The position numbers and the translations under genes were made by a program. A stretch of 64,000 nt of DNA from an uncultured Ignavibacteriaceae bacterium (GTDB lineage Bacteria; Bacteroidota; Ignavibacteria; Ignavibacteriales; Ignavibacteriaceae). The stretch spans positions 2,023 through 66,022 of the forward strand of contig CAZQSR010000001.1 in NCBI GenBank assembly GCA_964596145.1. The letters run 5' to 3'. The notes under the pieces are model-generated. The model was not told the DNA's origin and did not search any database. It saw only the letters and a program-made list of their open reading frames with translations. Below are positions 1-11,600 of this stretch, one piece after another. Numbering within the stretch: the stretch's first letter is position 1; every line of letters begins with the position of its first letter.

Positions 1-409
1 AAATTTCATTAAACTTATCTGATAATATAATTCTATTACCTTCTTGTCTATATTTTACAAATTTACCTGACGAGTATAATGAGCCTACATTATATTTGCG
101 AGATTCAATATATCCTTCAATTCACCCATTTTGCATATTTCCTGATAAATATTGATTAGAAGTTTTTTGGTAATCTTCATAATTAGCAGTTATAGCTTCT
201 ATAATATCTACATTACAGGGCAAATCAACGTATCACTCTCCTAAATCATTTTGATCTGGTGTTACTAAATATTTATATAATTTGTATTCCTTATTCCCTA
301 TTCTATCCCAGGCTATTAACCCTAAGGTTTCAAATTCATCAGGGTTTAATTCTACTCCGTAAAGTTCTCTTGTTTGACTGTATGCTGTATTAAAAGAATA
401 TTTTTTCAT
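1..409 (-). CDS. hypothetical virion-module protein, N-terminal part (gene runs off the left edge)
   Basis: ATG at 407-409 overlaps the TAA of the upstream gene (TAATG). The frame stays open to position 1 with no TAA/TAG, but only if TGA at 233-235 and 122-124 is read as sense. Confidence 0.6.
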
Positions 410-1077
410 TATTTTGGAATTTGATTGTTAGGAGTAGGAATGTTTAAAAATCCTCTATAGAATCTTAATTTTTTCTCTGTAAGTCTTTTTTTAACTTCTG
501 TAGATATAAATGAATAATTTTCAATTGTATCATCTTTACAACAATCAAATTGCATTAATTGTCTGGGATCTTTAAAAATTGCAATTACAGATATTTTTTT
601 AAGTAAAGGAGCATTAAAAATTCATCCGTCGTACATATTATTTTCATTTGGTGTAGGTTCTATATAAACATACGGTTTTTCAGATCCTCTCCTTTGATTT
701 TTATGATATTGATATGCTGTACTAGTATAAACTTTAAACATTACTTGTCTATCTATACTACCAATAAATTCTACAGATTCTTGTGCTAAATCATTTACAA
801 TCTGTGGAATTTCAAAATGAGCTATTGGAGGTGAATAATTATTTCCTCCGCAAGGGCATTTATCTAAGGATTTACAATCTACGTCTATACAATTTATAGA
901 CATTAATAAGTCATTTCTGGGTATTAAGTTATGTTTAGAATATTCTTTAATAATTTGTAAACGTTCTTCTATGATTTCATCTTGTAGTTGTTCTATAGAT
1001 ATTGTTGGTGTAGAAGTTATTCCTACTAATCCACCAACTATATCATTATATATTGCGGAAGCTAATTTTTCTACCAT
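409..1077 (-). CDS. hypothetical virion-module protein (222 aa under code 4)
   Basis: Track ORF 622..1077 stops at TGA (622-624). Read by hand, the same frame continues to TAA at 409-411. Start ATG at 1075-1077. Confidence 0.7.
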
Positions 1078-1085
1078 TTTAATAA

Positions 1086-1115
1086 AAATAAAAAAGGCGG
1101 CGAAATTGCCGCCTT
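1086..1115 (-). terminator. rho-independent terminator after gene 1123..2211
   Basis: GGCGGC / GCCGCC stem (1096-1101 / 1108-1113), followed on the minus strand by a U-run. Confidence 0.7.
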
Positions 1116-1122
1116 AAATAAA

Positions 1123-2211
1123 TTAAGCTACAACTGTTATTGTTATAGTTGCAGTATTTCCAATAGAATCTGTTGCTGTAATTACTGTAGTACCAGCTTC
1201 TACAGGTGTAACCACTCCTGTGCTAGAATTTACAGTAGCTTTAGCTGGAGTCCCAGAAGTAAAGGTAACTGCTCCAACAGCATTAGTTGCTACTACTGTA
1301 GTAGTTTGACCATCACTTAAATCAATTGAAGTAGGATCTGCAGATAATGTTATTCCAAACGAAATACCAGCAGCAGTTAATGCCGTCTCGAATCCAGAAG
1401 TTAACCCAGATTTTACATAGAATACATGAGTAGTAGTCGATACAGCTCCAGATACTATACCTGAATCATGATCTTTTTCTACTTTATAATGTATTGTGTA
1501 CTGTGTATAATTTCCACCTAATACAGGACGTTCTTCTTTACTTTCTCCAAAGTATCTAACATTTTCAGCAGTAGGTAACATTATTGATTTTGCCATATAA
1601 GCATCATCTCCAAATCCTACTTTTCCTGCTGTTGTAACTGCACCAGTAGCTACTACAGTTTCTTTCATTTGAGCAATAGTATTATTATTGTCGTACTCTA
1701 CTTTATAAAGTAATACCGAACTAAATCTTTGTACATCTTCTTTTGCAGTAAGAGTTATCTCTGCTCCCGAATTACTAGCTTTAAACAGACTTTGTCCAAA
1801 TCTATCTTTTAACTTATTTAATTCAGTTACAAACAGTCCCGCTGTAGTTGCAGCATCTGTTTTATATAAAACTTCAATAGTTTGAGGTTTCTTAAAATCT
1901 ATAGAATAATTAGTATATTCTGATTTAGTCGACTGAGAAAGCATAACTTCCACAGTTAATTTTAAAATATCTCCAGCGGTTGCCGAAGGTACAGTTATCT
2001 TTGCGATTTCTTTTACGCCTGCTGAGTATGCTCTTTTGTGAGCACTTACAACTTTATCTTTTAAGAAAGTTCCTGCTTTAGCTACTTTAAAAATGTTATT
2101 TGCACCTGAATACATTGCAATATCATTTCCATTTGCGTCAACTAAAACATTTCCTTGGTAATCTAAGGCTTTTGCCGAATTAATAACAGTTGTTTTTGTA
2201 AATTGATACAT
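1123..2211 (-). CDS. virion protein with C-terminal bacterial Ig-like (Big_2-type) domain
   Basis: Intact 362-aa ORF ending in TAA. The C-terminal ~80 aa (DPTSIDLSDGQTTTVVATN...ATVNSSTGVVTPVEAGTTVITATD) has the Big_2 pattern. A terminator follows. Confidence 0.7.
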   Translation of the reverse strand: MYQFTKTTVINSAKALDYQGNVLVDANGNDIAMYSGANNIFKVAKAGTFLKDKVVSAHKRAYSAGVKEIAKITVPSATAGDILKLTVEVMLSQSTKSEYTNYSIDFKKPQTIEVLYKTDAATTAGLFVTELNKLKDRFGQSLFKASNSGAEITLTAKEDVQRFSSVLLYKVEYDNNNTIAQMKETVVATGAVTTAGKVGFGDDAYMAKSIMLPTAENVRYFGESKEERPVLGGNYTQYTIHYKVEKDHDSGIVSGAVSTTTHVFYVKSGLTSGFETALTAAGISFGITLSADPTSIDLSDGQTTTVVATNAVGAVTFTSGTPAKATVNSSTGVVTPVEAGTTVITATDSIGNTATITITVVA

Positions 2212-2244
2212 TGTTATAAGTTATTTTTTGTAAAAAAATTATTA

Positions 2245-3195
2245 TTATCTTTTTTGTGGTTGTTCTTGTGAAGGAATAGCAATTGATTGACTTACTGGAA
2301 TATTTGTTTGTAATCTAGGATCACTTGCATTTTCCATAAGTAATTTAACCAGTTCATTTACTATTTCTTGACATACATAATCTGGGAATTCTAATACTTG
2401 GGAGTTATCCTCTACTTCGTCTATCTGCTCTTGAGTCAATCTTATAAATTGAGGCACTTTTAAATAATCTATATAAACTTTACTTAATTTAAATAAACTA
2501 TCGTCTTTACCATATCTTATCTCCATCCTTACTTTAGATTTATTCCCATATCTCAAACCGGAAGCTTTTTCTACACTATTACCATTACTAGGTTCTGAAA
2601 GTATATAACCTGTGCCAGGTTCATTTACCATTGGCTCTGATTGCTCGCTCATAGTTACTTCAGGAGTATAGTTTACTTTATTAATAGTACTAGAATCTAG
2701 GGTTGGAAAAGTATTTACTATATTTACATTATTTATATAAAAATATGGATTTTTATATGATGGTCTCATATAGTAATTATTAATTATTTGAGCAAACATG
2801 TCTGAAGTTAACCTCTTAGCCCCAAAATGTACTTTATCATTTACATTATAGCATTTAAAAGTTTTATTAACATCATACTCTACTAAACAATTCAATATAT
2901 GTAAATAATCATCAGGTAGATCTACTTCATAAACTTTGGTAAATAATGCAGATCCTGTATAATCGTTATTTAAATTTGGAGTTAATACCGCAGAAGATTT
3001 TAATACCCTCAAATCATCAGATTTTTGTTGGTTTATATCATAAAAATTATAACTTTTATTGATATATTGATTAATTGCTTTATTTATAAAATAATTGTAA
3101 TCCTCCAGTAATAAACTAGGAGCCTGTCATTTATTTAACTCAATTAAAGCATATTCGAAAACTTGTCGTGATGTGATAGTTGTAATATTTAAAAA
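2245..3195 (-). CDS. hypothetical virion-module protein; start codon unresolved
   Basis: Track ORF 2245..3012. The frame stays open upstream to TAA at 3196-3198 through one TGA (3127-3129), and the extension looks protein-like. No ATG/GTG/TTG occurs between 3195 and 3012. Confidence 0.55.
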
Positions 3196-3375
3196 TTAAT
3201 CACTAATTTATCTTATAAATTTTGGTAGATTGTCATTTCTTGTTCATAGATACCATTGCATTTTTTAGCTAGTTTTTATTGCTGAACTAATACTACTTAA
3301 TTTCAATCCCAATTTTTCTTTAGCTTCTTTTTACTAACAATTAGTTTTTATAAACAATATAAGTTATTATTCTAA

Positions 3376-4278
3376 TTATTTCTTTGGAGTTTGTTTTGCT
3401 GCAGTAGTCTTTTCTACTATATCCTTACCTGAATCATCAAAATGAGGTATTCCACTAACAATAGAGTTTTCTAAAGTTTCTAATTCTTTTTTAGGTAATA
3501 AATTTGGATATGTCTCTAATTTAATAGAATCAACCAATTTTTTATATCGCACATCTCTAAATAGTAAAATAACTGCTTCTATTGAAGCACCAAGTGTTTT
3601 GTCATCATATCTGTAAATTCCTTCACCTTTTCTAATAACTCCTCTATCTACAGCATCTAAAATAAATAAATGCATTTTCCAATCCTCACCTTCATATAAA
3701 TCAATTATCTTTTTAGGATCTTTTTCAGCATTTTCAATAAGAAAATCAAGTATATCAGCCGGCATAGCATTTGCTAAATTGCGACCTAACACACGACATT
3801 TTTTAATTCTCTCTGATTCTGAGTCTTGATATACATAATCACATGCTCTGTGAATAAGTTGTTTTTTAGTAATTCTTGCTACAGTAATTTCTCCTGGACG
3901 TTCTACGTACAAATCAGCATTACCATATCTATGTGCATTCCCGTCAATTACTAAATTTCCTTGAGCATCTCTCTCAAATCTATTTTTTGCAATCCAATCA
4001 CAATGCTCAATAGCTTGCCAATTAGCAGCATCAACCACATCATCTAAGTCAAATTTTGTACCATCTACAATTTGAAAAACATGGTTGGCTGGCACATAGT
4101 GAACAAGTCCTTTATTCATTTTAGTAATTTCCTCCTCTGATAAGATCATATCACCATTAGAATTTACAGTTTTTACACATGCAGGAAGTTTTCCAGTTCT
4201 AGGATTAGGACAAGGTTGTATGAAGTAAATTTGATTAACTTTTCCAAAAACACTTCTTATAATTATTTCATTATTCAT
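3376..4278 (-). CDS. hypothetical protein (300 aa)
   Basis: Intact ORF ending in TAA, packed just downstream of the capsid gene. All Trp codons are TGG. Confidence 0.7.
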   Translation of the reverse strand: MNNEIIIRSVFGKVNQIYFIQPCPNPRTGKLPACVKTVNSNGDMILSEEEITKMNKGLVHYVPANHVFQIVDGTKFDLDDVVDAANWQAIEHCDWIAKNRFERDAQGNLVIDGNAHRYGNADLYVERPGEITVARITKKQLIHRACDYVYQDSESERIKKCRVLGRNLANAMPADILDFLIENAEKDPKKIIDLYEGEDWKMHLFILDAVDRGVIRKGEGIYRYDDKTLGASIEAVILLFRDVRYKKLVDSIKLETYPNLLPKKELETLENSIVSGIPHFDDSGKDIVEKTTAAKQTPKK

Positions 4279-4327
4279 ATTTCATTTTTTATATATTCTT
4301 TTTGTTTATCTAAATTTTATATATCTT

Positions 4328-4352
4328 AAGAGAGGGAATAAATCCCTCTCTT
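4328..4352 (-). terminator. strong hairpin 3' of the capsid gene (putative terminator or mRNA stabiliser)
   Basis: AAGAGAGGGA / TCCCTCTCTT 10-bp stem about 20 nt after the capsid stop codon. There is no clear U-run on the minus strand. Confidence 0.5.
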
Positions 4353-4372
4353 TATTTTTTATTTAATAATTA

Positions 4373-5803
4373 CTAAACTTCTTCAACAATAAAGCTGCGA
4401 TAAGGAGCAAAATGTACAATTCCTGAGTAACCAGCAGCAATAAGTTTAGATCCTGCTACAGGACTTGAAACTATACCAGATGTTATTCCATCAACACCTC
4501 CTACGCCCGGATATTTACTAGAAACGAATTCAGCACCTTTTAAAGTAAATGCTGCAACAGCTGGTCTATTTTCTACCATATCAGGAGTCAAATCTAAACA
4601 AATTCCATAAGCTTTGGTTGGATATTCACGACTTAAAGCACGGTCAACCATGAATGTTACAGTATTACCTGCTACTTCATAAGATACAAAAGTTCCACCA
4701 ACTTTAATTGGATTATCGGCTTTCACCATCGAATTTGTAGCTTTAGAATACATCATAGTTGGAACTGATTGCCATGATTTTAACCAATCTCCAAGAACTG
4801 TATTAACTTGAGTCCACAATCTATCATTTACAATGAATGTGTAATGATTACCAGTAGGAGCTACTGCTTTTTGACTCATTTGGTCAAGTACAGTATTCAT
4901 TACGTTGATTGTCCATTTAGCAAATTTATATTTAGATGCAAATCTCTCTAGCTGTGGTACTAAACCATCTCCTGCTATTAATGGTCTCTGATCTTCTGTC
5001 ATTACAGTTGATTTACCATTAGCATCCATTGTTGTTTTTTGCCACAACAGGCCATTATTCTTCACAAATTGGAAATTGTCCAGAAGGTCTTTTTCCATCT
5101 TGTTTAATTTGAAGATTTTTTCTTTCAATTCACCAGTACCTTCGCCTTGAGCAATTTTGATGAATTGAGTTTCCATTTGGGCAAAACGAGACGAATAAGA
5201 AACGTCTACACGGTGTTCTGTCAAATAATTGACATGTTTTTCAATATTTGATTGGTACTTCACAAATCCAATTTCATGATACTCAGGCATAATGTTCGAT
5301 AAGAATCTCGATTTCATACCTAATTGGCAAGAATTAGCATCTACAATTGCAGAATAATCAGCATCAATTAATTGTACTGTGTATTCCCAGAAATTATCCG
5401 CTTTTCTAATTGGAGTTGTTTTAACAATGAATTGTTGACGTGATCCATTTACTTTGAAAGTATCATACTTTTCATAGTATCTTTCTTTAAAGTACATCAA
5501 TACATCAGCACCAGCAGCACCATCTCCTACAGGAGCTGCAGCAAATTCCACTTCTTTGATGAATTCAACATCAATTTCCCACTCAATACGAAGTGAGTTA
5601 ATCGGTTGGAATTTATTAACCGATTTTTGATTATAGTAAACATTTAAAAGAGCTTCAGTTAGGAAGGTAGCAGTGTTTTGAGTATTCATTCTTGCCATTA
5701 CGCCCATCATGTGAGGACGATTACCTAAAAACTTGTAGAAGTCTTCGTATGTTCTACTATGAGCCATTTCAGGCTTAAGATTTACATAACTTGCAATAAC
5801 CAT
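4373..5803 (-). CDS. major capsid protein (putative)
   Basis: 476-aa intact ORF directly downstream of an acidic coiled-coil scaffold-like gene and followed by a strong hairpin. Size and position are typical of an HK97-fold capsid protein. It has no in-frame TGA. Confidence 0.6.
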   Translation of the reverse strand: MVIASYVNLKPEMAHSRTYEDFYKFLGNRPHMMGVMARMNTQNTATFLTEALLNVYYNQKSVNKFQPINSLRIEWEIDVEFIKEVEFAAAPVGDGAAGADVLMYFKERYYEKYDTFKVNGSRQQFIVKTTPIRKADNFWEYTVQLIDADYSAIVDANSCQLGMKSRFLSNIMPEYHEIGFVKYQSNIEKHVNYLTEHRVDVSYSSRFAQMETQFIKIAQGEGTGELKEKIFKLNKMEKDLLDNFQFVKNNGLLWQKTTMDANGKSTVMTEDQRPLIAGDGLVPQLERFASKYKFAKWTINVMNTVLDQMSQKAVAPTGNHYTFIVNDRLWTQVNTVLGDWLKSWQSVPTMMYSKATNSMVKADNPIKVGGTFVSYEVAGNTVTFMVDRALSREYPTKAYGICLDLTPDMVENRPAVAAFTLKGAEFVSSKYPGVGGVDGITSGIVSSPVAGSKLIAAGYSGIVHFAPYRSFIVEEV

Positions 5804-5815
5804 TTTTTAATCTAT

Positions 5816-6805
5816 TTAAAAATTTAAGTCGTGAATAGAGTTTATTTCTTTGTTGTTTGTTTGCACCACAACTTGTCGCTTATCTGACTTTTTTAATTTA
5901 GCTATCTCTGATTCGTATACATTCTTTAATGTGTCAAAAGCTTCTTTGCCGTAACGTAAAAACCACGCTACCTCATAAAGTTTTGTTGGATCATTTAATG
6001 CTTTATAAAAATTACTAGTACCGTTTTCATCTAATTCTAATAAGAATGTAAGAACTTCATTTTTTTCATCATCTTCTAACTCAATTCCGTATAAATCTTC
6101 TGTTTTAATAGCAATATCTACCATTCTTTGAGAAAACTCATCGTACTCTTGTTGTCTTTGTAATAATAACTCTTCTTCTTGAGCCTTTATTGACTCATCT
6201 TCTAAAGCTTTGTATTCGTCGCGAATTTTAGTAATTTTTCTTTTAAAAAGATCTTCATTCTGAAGTTCTTTTTCTAATTCCGCTACTAGTTCATCTTCTG
6301 TTAAATCGAATTTATTTTTTAAATCTAAAACATAAAGTTCCTGATCTGTGTAATTATCTATTTCATAGGCTTTTACATGCTCGCCATTAATTTCAGATAG
6401 TATTTGTTTTTTATACTGTTCGAAGTATTGTGTTGGGGTTAATCCACTAGTTCTAATTGTATTTAAAAATTCTACTTCTGAATCCTCTAAATCTACACTA
6501 GGTGATTCATTAGAATTTAAAATATCTAATTGTTCTTCTATTGATAAATCATAGAAATTAATTTCTTCTTCAGTGTCATCTTCATTAATGATTTTTATTT
6601 TACCATCTATGATTCCTTTATTCGCTAGCAATGTATCAATTACACTGGTTGTAGGTTTTGTATCAGAATTAGTGAATATATCACCTTCTACAAAATCGTT
6701 TTCTACAAAATCTAATGTTTGTTGTGGGTCTGTAGGTAAATCTTGATCATCTAATCCAAGGTCTACTTCATCGAAAATGTCTTTTTCTGTCATTGTCATT
6801 GTCAT
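5816..6805 (-). CDS. scaffolding protein (putative)
   Basis: 329 aa, highly acidic with a Glu/Lys-rich coiled-coil composition, immediately upstream of the capsid gene. Confidence 0.55.
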   Translation of the reverse strand: MTMTMTEKDIFDEVDLGLDDQDLPTDPQQTLDFVENDFVEGDIFTNSDTKPTTSVIDTLLANKGIIDGKIKIINEDDTEEEINFYDLSIEEQLDILNSNESPSVDLEDSEVEFLNTIRTSGLTPTQYFEQYKKQILSEINGEHVKAYEIDNYTDQELYVLDLKNKFDLTEDELVAELEKELQNEDLFKRKITKIRDEYKALEDESIKAQEEELLLQRQQEYDEFSQRMVDIAIKTEDLYGIELEDDEKNEVLTFLLELDENGTSNFYKALNDPTKLYEVAWFLRYGKEAFDTLKNVYESEIAKLKKSDKRQVVVQTNNKEINSIHDLNF

Positions 6806-6822
6806 TTAAATTGTTTATTATT

Positions 6823-8427
6823 TTAATTTAACGCTTTCGTTAAATCTATATATCCTATTGTTGCCTGATAACTATCTGTTGCTAATTGACCATACCCTTT
6901 TGCTCCATAACCAATTCATAGTTTGTTTGCTTCTATATAATGAAAAGTAGTTAACCCCATATGATTTTTTGCCCATCCTCCATCATCAGGGTTACCAAGT
7001 GGAACATGAGCTCCAATTGCTGGGTATTCTGGATAGTTATCATCATCTCCATGTAAAGATAAAATTACTGGTCCTTTAACAAAAGTTCAAGTTGAATCAG
7101 CATCATTAAATTTCCATAAATGAAATTCATGTTTTACATAATTTCCAGAATTTGTCAATCCTTCACCACTAGAAAAACAATATAATTCATTGTTAAATAC
7201 AAATAAGGCTGAATTGGCAATTGCATAGCCTATAACTGAGGCTTCTTGTTGAAATTCAGGTGTTTCGCCTAAATCATAAATTATGCTATGTTGTGTGTAA
7301 GGACCTTCTAAATATTTACTTTTAAATACTACCCTTTTAGCTGTAGATGTAACTCCATTACTATGTGTTCCATCTTGAATACTAAATAAGAATTCTCCTT
7401 TATAATATGCAGTAGATAGACCGTATCCTGCATTAGAATATCCAGATTCTGGAGTATATATTACATTTAACTCTACAAGTTTTCTGTATGATAAATCATC
7501 ATTAAAAACTAATGCTGCAAATTTATTCATAACATTCGACGAATTATATAATCCAGCAATTACTATATGATGACTAGAATTGTATGGACTTTTAATTCCT
7601 TGTTGCAATGGAGTAAATCCTTCATATCCTGAAGGAAGAAGTCCATCAAAAACTCCTACAGAATCATTAGATCAAATATTTGTTCAAGAACCAAATCTAT
7701 CTTCTGCTTCGAATACTTTTGTTATATATGCTCTTTTTATACCTACTGCTGAGTTAGTTTCTCCTGTAACAAGTGCTTTATATTTTCCGTCTATTGTTTT
7801 TCAACTATATCCGCAACATACTACTTGACGATTCCATGTTCCATTTACTTTAGTTGCTTTGAATGTAGGATCTCATTGTAAAGTTAATCCTCCTGCTAAA
7901 AATGAACAGATAAATCCTCTAGTTCCTACTGGAATTGCAGAAGCTTTAACTAATGTTAATTTTGCGCAATTTGAATATTCTATTCCAGAAACAGTCTGAT
8001 TTCCTAAATATTCTATTGATGCAATTCTAATTGAACTATTTATTGTTATTGATCAATCATCTTTAAATCATCCCAACATTCAATCTCCTGGAATTTCAAT
8101 TAATCCTTTAATATAGGGAACATTTGCTAATGTTACTTCTAATCCTGAGTTTACAATTGCAATTATCGGTGTTTCTACATCTCTAATTCTTCCACTAAAG
8201 TCACTACTTGCTAACATATTGTCTCCTTCAAGATTTCTATATAATAACTGTGGCATCATATCAAGTGATTTATTAACTAAACTTTTATATTCTACTAAGT
8301 AATTATTTAAATCCTCAATCGAAATCGTCTTATTCTCAACAACAGGACTTCCATCAATCAAGCAAATTCTCGTAGATTTAGTAGGATTAGTTATAATTGG
8401 TTTTTGTGACCATTTTTCGTTACTCAT
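6823..8427 (-). CDS. tail/baseplate-associated protein (534 aa under code 4)
   Basis: Track fragments 8080..8427 and 7087..7608 plus the untracked stretches are one frame. I read every codon from 8427 to TAA at 6823-6825. There are 9 in-frame TGA (8080, 8068, 8053, 7873, 7801, 7684, 7672, 7087, 6916) and no TAA/TAG. Confidence 0.8.
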
Positions 8428-8496
8428 AATGGATATTAATAATTTAACATAATTATATTGATTTTTTTATTTCTGTTTAAAACATACTTTATTTTG

Positions 8497-8504
8497 CAAA
8501 GATA
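8497..8504 (-). promoter_or_regulatory. Bacteroidota-type -7 promoter box (TATCTTTG = TAnnTTTG)
   Basis: Plus-strand CAAAGATA is TATCTTTG on the minus strand, about 70 nt upstream of the ATG at 8427. The same 8-mer recurs upstream of five other genes in the window. Confidence 0.55.
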
Positions 8505-8567
8505 CAACCTTTTATTTTTAAAAATTGCATTATTAGTGAAATTATTAAAATTAAGGTTGTATCTTTG
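8497..8567. repeat. 15-bp perfect inverted repeat carrying two divergent TATCTTTG boxes
   Basis: CAAAGATACAACCTT (8497-8511) and AAGGTTGTATCTTTG (8553-8567), separated by 41 nt. Confidence 0.8.
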
Positions 8568-8604
8568 GATAGGGTGTGAAATTTTATAAAATATGTTTAA
8601 TTAT

Positions 8605-11600
8605 TTATACAATTAATTTTATATATTGATTTGTAAATAATCCATCAGTTAATGTATTAGTAGAATCCAAATATGTTTTAAAAACAAGTCTATTATTTTC
8701 AAATCCTACGTCTGTACTATTTTCTACTGTAAAATAAAACTTACCAGCAGGACTATAAATAATTTGATTAGCTTGTGGGCAAGTAAAACTAGTTATATGT
8801 ACATGAGGATTTAATACTGAATCAAAAGTTAATTCATAAACTCCTACTCCTGTTCTACTTCAAACACCATCATATCACTCTTCCGAAAGTAATGTGTTAT
8901 CTAGAACTATATGAGTTGGGTCTAAAGTAGATGTTTGTGATACAGTAAAGGAGTATACTTTATACGAAGTTTTTTTTCCGTCTAACACTCAATCTGATAT
9001 AGAGTCAGTTCCAAAAGCAGTATATGTATCTTTAGTTCCCTTATTAAATCATCTCTGACCAATTCTATCGGGTATTGAGCTAGGCGATGTAAAGGCAGAA
9101 ATAACGTTATTTTCTATAACATCATTTAAATTTGATCCATCAAGTGTAATTATACTACTAGTTTTTATTTTTGAGTTATTTTTGAACACAGTAATAAAAT
9201 CATCTGCAATACCTTCTCTAGATATTTTTATTTTATCTCCAAATTTAGAAATATTTTCAAAGGTATTGATCATATTTATCTGTTCAGGCGTATTTAATAA
9301 TATTTTATATGTATTATTTCCAGTATGTCAAATATTATAATTAGATATAATTAGGGATAAATTTTCTACATCATTTATAAAAGACAATACCCAATTTATA
9401 TCAATAGTATCTCATTTAAGAGGTTCTAATAATGTTATATCACAATAAAATTCATCTTCAAATAAATCACTTGGATATACTTTTAGTAAACTTGTTTCAT
9501 GATAATTAGGAACAATCTCCAATAAATTATCTGAAGTAGTTTTTTGAGCATTTACTCTAGACAGAGCAGGTAAACTACTACTAGTAACAACATCTCCTTT
9601 AACTCCAGATAATTCTATAATTCTTTGCCAACCTTCTTCATTTTTCTTTCATTTTCTCGTAGTCCCATTAAAAGTATGTTCATAATATTCTCCAATTTCT
9701 GCATTGGATGGAGGACTAAAGTTAGAATATTCTTTTTCTTTAGTTACTTTAAATAGGTATGTCGAAGAAGTATAGATTGATCCGTCAACTAATTTTACAA
9801 AAGATTTTATATAGTAATTCCCTACAGTTTCTTTATTAAAAGTAAATACAATTGGACCAGATTTTCAAGAAGAAAGTTGTACAGTATTTCAACTAGACTC
9901 ATCTGTACTTCATTGATATCCAACAACTTCTATTTTACTTTCATCACTAACTGTTGAAGACATTGTGAAAGAATAGTCAGTAATAATTGGAACTGTATTT
10001 GCAAAACTAAATGATGTTATTTCCCCTGTCGTAACTGCACTTAAAGTGTTAGACCAAGTCCATCCTAATGGAGTCTGATAATAGGAGGCAAAATAATAAG
10101 CTGTTCCAGCCTGAAGTCCACTGAAAGATATAAGGAATTTTTTAATAGAAGGAAAATTATTAATGAATTGTTCATTAACTTCTTTATATTCTAAAGATAA
10201 ATCATCAACAGATCCTTCTGGATCTACTATAAGACTTGTAGACATAGCTATTCCAGCCCTTAAAATTTTACCAGTATAGTTAATAATACTAGATTCTAAG
10301 TTTATAACACCCTTTGTAAATGATGTCATTCCTATACTAATTTTATTACTTTCAGCTGTTCCCGAAGAAGGATCTTCTGTTTTAAAATATACAGATTTTG
10401 AATATCCAAAATTAGTTTGATTTGATCTACAAAATGCAGCTATATGATATACTTTTCCTAAAGTTAGTCCTGTTATTTTAATCCCATATTTTCCTGGAGT
10501 TGTCGCATTTCCTATTTGGTATTTTAAAGTGTAAGTAAATGGATCTACAGAACTATCTATTGGTCTATCACTTAACACTATACCAATGCTAGTTATTGGT
10601 AAACTGCCTACTGATTCTATTTCTACAGAAGTTATAAATTCTGTATGGATTTGTGCTGGCAAACTTCCCAGTAAAACAGTTGATGGAGTATTAGTTATTA
10701 CTGATGAATCAGAAACATTCAATGTAGTAAATGTCTTATGTTCACCTCAAACGTACCCATCATTAGTTCTTACAAAAGCTCTATAACTATATACTGTCTT
10801 AGGACTAAGACCAGTGATATTACTACTAAAAATCCCTCTACTAATATCATCACTAGTTATCACAGTATCAGATAATGTTGGAGATGCTATTCCAGACCTT
10901 CATACAAACCCTTTTTCTATAACATTAAGATTATCAGTTACTTCTAATTTTAATTCAGCTGAATTAAAAGTAATTTTATCAGGAGCAAGAGTTCTTACTG
11001 CAGTAATTCTTATTGGGCCTGAAGAAGTAGTTATTTCTTTTTGTGCTCCATACCAAGTACCTACATAAGAAATAGCATAAGGTCTGAAGTAATATTTAGT
11101 TGCTGGATCTAAATCTGTAATATCAAAAGGAGCTCTTGCTGATGGCCCATTATAGAAATCAGCAATTTTTTTATTATTAGCAGTAGTTGGCATAGGTAAC
11201 TTAGAATAACATACTCCTCCCTCAATTATACTAGATCCTCCATCATCCATAACTTGTATAGCCATTCCGATACTAGTATCTTCAACTCTAAAAATATCAG
11301 TAATATTTACAGTCCCAGCTACAGCAGAATCATTTCTAGTGTATGCTATACAGTCTCCATCTCATAACATATATCCTGGACCTGTAAATTCATATCCACC
11401 CTTCTCAATAATTGGATAAATAACTCTATTGTCTGAAAGTATAATATAAGTTTTAAATCAGTAACTTTCATTGTTAAGTAGTCCAGATATAGTTATTTCT
11501 TCTGATTCACCAATGTTATTTAATTCTATATATGGGTCAGTATTAAGATTAGGAGATCTTCCTAACGAAGTCTTACAATATACTATACCTGCACTAGATA

